This document shows positions 40,028-47,612 of a stretch of 64,000 bases of DNA, one piece after another; positions within the stretch are counted from its first letter, which is position 1, and every line of letters begins with the position of its first letter. Below the pieces are notes generated by a model. It made no database searches and was not told the origin of the DNA. It worked only from the letters and a program-made list of their open reading frames with translations. Source of the stretch: Botryllus schlosseri. Lineage: Eukaryota. The translations under genes and the position numbers were made by a program. Location of the stretch: assembly GCA_051294905.1 (NCBI GenBank), contig CM119373.1, forward strand, positions 12,152,001 through 12,216,000. Reading direction: 5' to 3'.

Positions 40028-42511
40028 TCAGTGCCCCGGTTTGTGTACGATATCATACGAAAATTGACCAAGTTCGACACGCCACAGCTGGATTTTGGTA
40101 TTTTTGATTTTACCTTTAGATTTGCCGTCAAACATGAACGCGACAGATCTTTGGTCAGTAACAAGAGTGAAATGTCTGCCATGTAAAAAATGAGCCCATT
40201 TACGAACTGCCGCGATAATTGAGGACGCTTCTTTCTCAACAGAGGAGTATCGTATTTCACTTGGCGATAGTGCTTTTGACATGAACGCGACCGGTCGACC
40301 GTTTTGACTGAGGATAGCTGCAATGGCTGCATTGGAAGCATCACACTCTATTGTGAACGGACTTGTCTCGTCAATCCTACCAAGAGACGCGTCAACTAAC
40401 TCGCGTTTTAAATCGTTAAATGCGATAGATGCATTTTCGGAAAGCGGAAATTTTTCGACTGAATACAAAGGACGGATTTTGTCGGAAAAGTTGGGCAACC
40501 ATTTGGCATAGTAGGCAAACATACCACACACTCGTTTTAGTTCTGGGTTGTTGCGTGGCGGCAATAAATCGATTAACGGCTTCAGTCTTTCTGGGTCCGG
40601 TTTGATCACGCCATGCGACACGCGATAACCGAGCAAGTCTATTTCCGTAGAACGGATGATCGACTTCGAATGATTGAAAGTGAGGCTGAATCGCTGAGCG
40701 GCATTGAGAAACGCGTCGAGATTTCGATCGTGGTCGTCCTTATCCATACCGCAAACAGTAATATTATCGAGATAAGCGAATGTGCCGGTGAGCTTGTTGT
40801 CTTTTATGACGTTGTCTATTATTCTTTGAAATGCCGAAACTCCGTTGGTGACTCCAAATGGCAATCGACGGTATTGGTAAAGATTTCCAGCGGCTTCGAA
40901 TGCCGTATACGGACGATCATCAGGTGATAGTGCCACTTGATAATACGCGGACTTCAGATCTAACGTACTGAAAACTTTGAAACGGGCGATGCTGTTGACT
41001 TGGTCATCGATCCTTGGTAAAGGATAGGCGTCTAGTAAGGTATACCTGTTGACCGTCTGAGAGAAGTCGATGACCATGCGCTTCTTGTGTCGACCGTCAT
41101 TTACAACAAGAACCTGTGCTCGCCAAGGCGATGAGGACGGCTCAATGATTCCTTCCTTCTCGAGTTTCGCAACTTCCGCTTTAATGAAATGTAGATCGGC
41201 TACGCTATATCTTCTGGATTTAGTGGCAATCGGTTTACAATTTGGTGTCATAAACTTGAAAATTTGCGGTGCTTCGACACACGCTTGAGCAACTCCGCAT
41301 ACACTGTACTTCTGATCTCGAGGGAGTTCCAAGGTATCTTTATCTCCGTCCATATTGAAAATGACCCGTTTATGCAAGTTCATGAAATCGAGACCAAGCA
41401 CCACATCAGCGCATAAATCTTCCATCCCTTTAAGAGGGAATTCCGTATATTTCGTTTCGTTTACAAGAATGTCCGGTCTGTAGAGTTCTTCAATCTTGCG
41501 GGAATGGGATTTAGAAGCAAATGTAACCGTAGAGGAGTACGGAGTGGATTTCAGGTCAATTTCGTTGGCGTATCCAGTGCTTATGAAGCTTTCCGCGGAA
41601 CCGGAGTCGATTAAAGCAAATGTTATGTGGCAGCCGATCTTAACCACGATTCTTGCTTTTATGAGACATTTGGGTACTCCGATGGCGCTGAAGTATGAGA
41701 TCATTGCAGTTACTGTTTTCCTGTTGTCGGTGGCCTTTCTCATGCAAACCACTTCATAATGACCTAGGACTCCACAATAGCCACACTCGCTCCGTTTCGC
41801 TGGACATTTATATCGGGAGTGGAATGACTGACCGCAAAAAAAGCACTTCCGATCAGGTTTGATTGTTTTGCTCATTGCGTTGAGTTGACTGTGAGTTTCT
41901 GTGGATGATAGTTCGACTTCGGGATTCAAAGATTTTTCCAGCGGTTCGACGCCGACAGATGAACATGGAGTGCTGCAATAGATACTAGAGCTTCGCTGGG
42001 CGAATTCTAATGAGCGGGCTTTTGAGATCGCCATTTCGAGGGTTACAGCCCCGTCACTTTCTAATAATCTCTGTCTGATAACGTTTGATCGGAGACCAGT
42101 AACGAAAGCGTCGCGGATGGACTCCTTGCGATGATCTTCCGCCGAGATAGTCTTGAATGTGCAATCTTTCGCTAGATCTGCCAAGGCGCGGGAAAATTCC
42201 TCGATCGTCTCTTCGGGCTTCTGAATACGGGTTACTAGCATGTGGCGGACGAAGATTTCGTTCTTTTGCTTGATATAAATTTTGTCGAGAAGTTCTATTG
42301 CGGTATCGTAAGTCGAACTTTCTTCAAAATAGGAATAGACAGACGACGACACGAAATTTGTTAAGATCTTCAACTTGTCGATCTGTGTATCTTGATCAAA
42401 TGATGAAAGAAAATTATCGAAGGTCTTCTTCCAATGCTTATACTGTTTTTCAGCAGAGGCGGAGTCCGGACTGATATCGAGCTTGTCTGGTTTCAGAATC
42501 CTTTGTGCCAT
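40028..42511 (-). CDS. Gypsy gag-protease-RT-RNase H polyprotein
   Basis: Two Zn knuckles (CFFCGQSFH..C; CGYCGVLGH..VC), protease LIDSGS, RT LDLKSAYYQ..LPFG..YLDN, RNase H ECDAS..EKEA..TDQ. Confidence 0.96.
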   Translation of the reverse strand: MAQRILKPDKLDISPDSASAEKQYKHWKKTFDNFLSSFDQDTQIDKLKILTNFVSSSVYSYFEESSTYDTAIELLDKIYIKQKNEIFVRHMLVTRIQKPEETIEEFSRALADLAKDCTFKTISAEDHRKESIRDAFVTGLRSNVIRQRLLESDGAVTLEMAISKARSLEFAQRSSSIYCSTPCSSVGVEPLEKSLNPEVELSSTETHSQLNAMSKTIKPDRKCFFCGQSFHSRYKCPAKRSECGYCGVLGHYEVVCMRKATDNRKTVTAMISYFSAIGVPKCLIKARIVVKIGCHITFALIDSGSAESFISTGYANEIDLKSTPYSSTVTFASKSHSRKIEELYRPDILVNETKYTEFPLKGMEDLCADVVLGLDFMNLHKRVIFNMDGDKDTLELPRDQKYSVCGVAQACVEAPQIFKFMTPNCKPIATKSRRYSVADLHFIKAEVAKLEKEGIIEPSSSPWRAQVLVVNDGRHKKRMVIDFSQTVNRYTLLDAYPLPRIDDQVNSIARFKVFSTLDLKSAYYQVALSPDDRPYTAFEAAGNLYQYRRLPFGVTNGVSAFQRIIDNVIKDNKLTGTFAYLDNITVCGMDKDDHDRNLDAFLNAAQRFSLTFNHSKSIIRSTEIDLLGYRVSHGVIKPDPERLKPLIDLLPPRNNPELKRVCGMFAYYAKWLPNFSDKIRPLYSVEKFPLSENASIAFNDLKRELVDASLGRIDETSPFTIECDASNAAIAAILSQNGRPVAFMSKALSPSEIRYSSVEKEASSIIAAVRKWAHFLHGRHFTLVTDQRSVAFMFDGKSKGKIKNTKIQLWRVELGQFSYDIVHKPGH

Positions 42512-42513
42512 AA

Positions 42514-42529
42514 TTCTATGTTGCTTAAA
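42514..42529 (-). promoter_or_regulatory. PBS-position sequence complementary to the element's own LTR (putative self-priming site)
   Basis: TTTAAGCAACATAGAA (minus strand) starts 1 nt after the 5' LTR and is the exact reverse complement of LTR 42615-42600. It does not begin with TGG as a tRNA PBS would. Confidence 0.75.
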
Positions 42530-42530
42530 T

Positions 42531-42733
42531 TGTCGTAAACTGACTATTGCGTTGAATAACTAACTGAAGCTTTATTAAGGCAAAGGTAACCAATGTGGCT
42601 TTAAGCAACATAGAACACAACTGACAGCAGAACAGAAGAGAAGAGAATGACACGGTAACGATAAGGCGACACTGTACTGTACAACGTAACTAATCAGATG
42701 AAAGTAATTATTGCCTAATTGCGGATCACCACA
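42531..42733 (-). repeat. 5' LTR
   Basis: Matches 38589-38791; on the minus strand it has an Inr-like TCAGTT (42624-42619) and AATAAA (42576-42571). Confidence 0.97.
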
Positions 42734-43602
42734 GAACATCTACAAAGGACCAAGTTGAATCAGTTGGGGAATAGGAATGGCACTGTCTAAAGAAAATTGT
42801 ATGGTGATTATGAACCTCTGACGTTGATATCTTGTCAACCTTGCAATCAGTTCAGTGGATAATCCACGACTCTTTCTCGTTCTCACGACGAGAGAGGACC
42901 GTACACGCGAACGGCCAGTTTCTAGATATTTCTGGCGGGCGAAATCGCGAAATCTAGAGCGAGAGCGATCAAACAGAAAGAAAGAAGTATCTATTCAACC
43001 GCGAACAGGGATATCTAAAACTCCGGGATGGCGGACTCTCTCGTTTTCACTCCCGGCGCCGAGCGACAGGAGGGCCACATGTTCTTTGTTCAGAGTTCAC
43101 TCTCGCTGAGTTCTTGAGTCGGACGGTTCTCGCGCGGTTAACGAGATGTTGCAGTGTTTATTTTACCTACATTTAGATCAATTTTGAGGATGTAGACTAA
43201 TATATGGTATGTGATGGATGATCAGATATCCATATTCTAGTGTGCCAGCAATACACAGTATAAATTACCGGTATTGTGCTACATTTCGTGCAACTGTTTT
43301 GATATATTATTAGTTGTCAGGAACACCTGTACTAGTGGGGCTCTTGGTTGTATTCGAAGCATGTTTAGTAGTTTATCAAGTCATTTAATTGAAAGTATAA
43401 TTCCTCATATATAAAGGCTTCCTTGTATTGCGTTAGTAGCTTGAAATCCCTGCCCAGGCAATCCATCCTATTTGTATATTTATACTAAGTTGTGTCTTTA
43501 TATGAATAACTACTACTAAGTCATTTAGCTGCCTTCCTATCGGTTCACATTATTATTTTGACTTTGTTAACCCAGGGACAATGACTATCACTGATAATTA
43601 GG

Positions 43603-44796
43603 ATGGGGTATACATGTTGCATTCCTGAATGCAGCACTGGGTACAGGTCTAGTAGTAAAACTGGTGCGACTGCTACACTGCTCAAGTTTCCACGGGACGA
43701 AAAATCTAAGGAGAAATGGATCAGGGCGATACCGAGGCAGAACTGGACACTGTCGGTGAACCACAGGGTGAGGAAGCGTAATGCATTGTTCACGCCCCTG
43801 CAGCCATCAGGAGATCATCCGGGCCTTGCATACCTGAAAGAGGCAATAATCATCTTTAAAGAATGGCAAGCATCTGGAAATATTGGACTGACTCGAGAGA
43901 CATTTATGGCGTGTATCCAGACAATGGGTGCCATTATTGACCTCACGAGTTATTTGGTGAGCAAATATGGTATTGAATACATACTCTCAGGAAAAGTGAT
44001 GTTCGATCCGATAGAAGCAAGATTTGGGATGTACCGCCAGTCAAATGGTGGCAACTTCTTCATGTCAGTGAAACAGTTGCTTTCGGCAGAGAAAAAATTT
44101 CGATGCTTAAGTTTACTCCAACAACGAGGATTGTTCATCGCTTCACGTCTCGATCAGTCTGATCATGGAAATTATCATGAGGATGATGCACCCTCTTCAT
44201 CCCAGTTCTCGTGGTTAGTTGAATACTTGAGTAATGTTGCCATTGACGAGGTGGCTGATAGTGATGCGGCTGTTTCTTTCTATGTAAGTGGTTATATTGG
44301 ACGGTCCATTACCAGGCGAAGGCATTGTGGCAAATGCAGTAATTTACTTGTTAAGAGCATTTCTGTTCCGCCACTATCTGATTCTATACCAGACAAGTAC
44401 AAATCAGTGCTGCAAATTGCAAACAGGGGTGGTCTCTCAGAACCATCTGACTATTGTTATGTCTTGACAACCCTTGCTGTCCAATATTACACAGCTCTAG
44501 CCAACAACAGTGATGTTATGAAAAAGTTCATAACCTGTCCTAATCCAAGAAGGGTTTTTGTATCTGCCATTCGCGAAATTTTGAAGTCAACTTTTCTGTG
44601 CAATCTCATATCTGTTGTATGTGAGAATGAGAAAGATCCCCATAACAATTTTGAATTGATCATGCAAACGTCATTCAACTACTTTGCAAAAAAACAGTTG
44701 AAACGCTTCAACAGCAAGACTAGTTCCAAGCTGCCCATGAGCCAAAAACATCAAAAGATCAGGAAACTTAACTCCAAGGGTTCCAGCAAATCTTAG
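43603..44796 (+). CDS. Truncated THAP domain fused in frame to the C-terminal part of a P-element transposase (397 aa)
   Basis: MGYTCCIPEC..KFP..KW..AIPR (THAP N-terminal half) joined after NHRV to LTRETF..YILSGK..DPIEARFG.YRQSNGGN and Y.SGYI..C..C..L..RGGL (P/THAP9 C-terminus). Most of the catalytic core is absent. Confidence 0.85.
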   Translation: MGYTCCIPECSTGYRSSSKTGATATLLKFPRDEKSKEKWIRAIPRQNWTLSVNHRVRKRNALFTPLQPSGDHPGLAYLKEAIIIFKEWQASGNIGLTRETFMACIQTMGAIIDLTSYLVSKYGIEYILSGKVMFDPIEARFGMYRQSNGGNFFMSVKQLLSAEKKFRCLSLLQQRGLFIASRLDQSDHGNYHEDDAPSSSQFSWLVEYLSNVAIDEVADSDAAVSFYVSGYIGRSITRRRHCGKCSNLLVKSISVPPLSDSIPDKYKSVLQIANRGGLSEPSDYCYVLTTLAVQYYTALANNSDVMKKFITCPNPRRVFVSAIREILKSTFLCNLISVVCENEKDPHNNFELIMQTSFNYFAKKQLKRFNSKTSSKLPMSQKHQKIRKLNSKGSSKS

Positions 44797-45530
44797 TGAT
44801 TTCTGGCTGTATCTGCTTTGTATGTTATTACACCTGCTCTGTATCTTCCCTCGATAAAAATACCTTGGTGTTCAGCTAGTGATTTCTGGCTGTATCTGCT
44901 TTGTATGTTATTACACCTGCTCTGTATCTTCCCTCGATAAAAATACCTTGGTGTTCAGCTAGTGATTTCTTATTCTATCTGCTCTGTATCTTGCCTTGAT
45001 TAAGTTGGTGATGTTTGGTATCTGCTGTGTCTCTACTAACCTGGATTAAAATATGTTTGTCATCAGCTAGTGATTTTCGGTTGTATATCTGCTCTGTAGC
45101 TTGTCTCGTTAAAAATACGTTTGTTTCCAGCTAGTGATTTTTACTATATCTACTCTGTAGCTAGCCTTGATTAAAATACTGGAATCTGCTGTGTATCTAA
45201 CCTGTATTAAAATGTTTGTCATCAACAAGTGACTTTTAGTTGTATCTGCTATGTACCTTGCCTTGATTAAAATACACATGCTTTCCGTTACTGATATTTA
45301 GTACATTCGTTTTCAGCTCTGTATGAGATAACCATAATGTCTGCTAGGCAGTTTTGATTTTATCTGCTCTGTGTTTTTTGGTTATATTTGCTGTGCATCT
45401 TGCCTTGAATAAAATACCCACCTTGATTAAAATACACATGTTTTCAGTTACTTATATTTGGTACATTCGTTTTTAGCTCTGTATGAGATAACCAGAATGT
45501 CTGCTAGGCAGTTATTTGAGAACCAAGAAA
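44795..45530. repeat. 83-bp tandem repeat array in the 3' part of the P element
   Basis: Two exact 83-bp units (TAGTGATTTCTGGCTGTATCTGC...GTTCAGC) followed by progressively diverged units. Confidence 0.9.
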
Positions 45531-45750
45531 ATTCATGTCAGTCAGCAGTAGTGGGATATTCACAGTAATCGCCAACAGTATTATCTACGGCCTACGCTAT
45601 CGATGCGTTCGAGGTGGCACTCCTATTGCACGCCTCTAAAACGAGAGATACATCCCGGTGTTTAGATATCCCTGAACCGCGAAGTAAAGGCGCACAACCA
45701 GTAAGATTCGTTGGCTGAAGGCTCGCTTCTCGTGAAAACTGAAAGTTATT

Positions 45751-46178
45751 TAGGGTTACCATACGTCCTCTTTTTTCTCAATAAATTGTAAGTCTCCTCG
45801 GACGTCGCCTAAATGTCCTCTATTTTGGGAATTTGTCCTCTTTTTTGTCCAGCAAAAGTATTAACATGCGAGCAAAAACTCGACTCCGACGCAGCCAACG
45901 CCAGAGTAGGCAAGACAACCAACGAAAAATACAGCGCGACGGGTATTTCGCGAGTAAAGACGATAAAGATGACCTTTTTAGAGTCTATTCCACGAAACTA
46001 TCGTAAAATGCGGGTAATTCTCGAGTCGAGTTAAAGTAATACCCTTTTTGATTTGGTCAACACAATACTATCGCTCGAATATTTTCAGAAATCACCAGTT
46101 TTCTTTTCCGGCCATATATTGCTTTCATAATTTTTGTAAAGTGCCCTCCTTGTCGGATCCTAAAATGTGGTAACCCTA
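45751..46178. mobile_element. MITE family F (TAGGGTTACCA TIR)
   Basis: TIR TAGGGTTACCA/TGGTAACCCTA with GTCCTC repeats; further ends at ~32670-32690 and ~63532. Confidence 0.8.
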
Positions 46179-46523
46179 CCGTTATCGTTCAAGCTGAATA
46201 CGTTGGGAGCCCTGTAGAGCCATTTCATTTCCCCTGCCTTAATCTCGAAACGACGAATATCACTATACCAAGCTTCAACACTGTCAAGACTTGGACGTAC
46301 GACACCAAAGCTGAGAATAATACCAATCCTATTTCAAGCACAGTAGCATAATGTGTTGATCGTGGACTTGGTGTCGCAATACCAGTGTAAAGTTGTGATT
46401 GGTTGCGGACGGTATGGCGATCGTAACGTTGCTCATGAGCATCTGGTTTATTGCTAATGCACTGTAACGACGTCAAGTCACATCGCTAACGCTGGGAGAT
46501 ATTACGTAGTCTAAGCGTCCTGG

Positions 46524-46853
46524 ATGTCTGCTACAGATTATTTTTGCAGAAAATTGTACATGGAGGCTACAATCGAAGGGGAACCGATCACGCCTTCAAA
46601 ATTAGCAATCAGAATCTTCATAGAATCTGTCGCACTGAAGACCTCTCATCATTCATTGATAGCCAAGCAAGCTAAATTTCTTGCACACATAATTCGAAAA
46701 CCTAATGACAGTGTCGTGAGGTCAATAACGTTTGAAGATGAAAAGAGAACGAAAAAACGAAGACCCTCTGCAACGCTGATGAACAATGTCCTCAATCGGA
46801 ACGACACCCACATCAGCACATTCTCTAAAGCAGCACTTCCACTAGAAATTTAA
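46524..46853 (+). mobile_element. Degenerate RTE-like LINE ORF2 C-terminal fragment
   Basis: KQAKFLAHIIRKPND.V..ITF...RRP.ATL.N resembles the RTE C-terminal 'RQLRF.GH..R..GRP..T..D' pattern. Confidence 0.5.
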
Positions 46854-47612
46854 TTTATAATTCAAATCTTTGATGCTCTCTTTTTCGATGGATACTTCCA
46901 TCACCTCGGTGATGGTGCTCTAAGTCTGAACGCAGACTGAGCTAGACCTATAGATATCATGCTTCGTTTTAGCTTGCAGTTCGCTGCTATCAGGCTGCGT
47001 TGTCCCTCAACCACATATTTCGAGCTAAAACACAAATGATGGAAAATGTGACTATATTTAGAGTAACAATTTATTCCGAATTATTGTAAATTCTTAGTCT
47101 AGTAATACAAAGTATATGCGAAAATTTCATAAGTCAGGTCTCTAGTGACGTCACACAAACATTCAAACTAATTACCGATCAATTCCAATCAACTGAAAAA
47201 TCTAGCTATTATCGCACGGAAACGTATATGGACGGAGCCTAAATCAAGTAATAACCTAAATCGTGGCGTAAATCTCCAAAGTATCGGATATGTGACGGTT
47301 GGGATCAACGTTACTGAATAACGTACATAAACGGATTTACTGAATAGGTTATATTTCAAAATCGAATCACGAATATGGTGGAATACTCATTGATCGCTGA
47401 TATATAGGCTAATATATCAGAATTGAGGGCGAAAAATCTCCGGACAGGATCCTACATCCTAATGAAGTCACTCAGATTAAAAAAATACGTGAGAAGTCTG
47501 TTCCACGGACAAGAATCTCAAATGTTGTAAAATTCCAGAAAATCCTTCGTTGTTCCGTTGTAAACTAACTATGAGACGTATAAGTTTGATGCTTTGCTTG
47601 GAGTTATAGTTA

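Larger units (their letters stand above)
38589..42733 (-). mobile_element. Full-length Ty3/gypsy LTR retrotransposon (4145 bp, Mag-like gag)
   Basis: Two 203-bp TG..CA LTRs, identical by eye; 5-bp TSD GAACA (38584-38588, 42734-42738); PPT AAAGGGGGGTAGAA (38805-38792); gag-PR-RT-RH-IN order. Confidence 0.98.
43006..45674 (+). mobile_element. Internally deleted P-superfamily (THAP9-like) DNA transposon
   Basis: TIR CAGGGATATCTAAA (14 bp exact, imperfect to ~70 bp); direct flanking repeat AACCGCGAA (42997-43005, 45675-45683); internal THAP/P transposase ORF. Confidence 0.92.

Noticed and set aside
38633-41759. Extra ORFs overlapping the gypsy element (antisense or alternate frame), including an env candidate
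   Set aside because: Short shadows of the long pol ORF or LTR text; there is no room or TM ORF for env between integrase and PPT.
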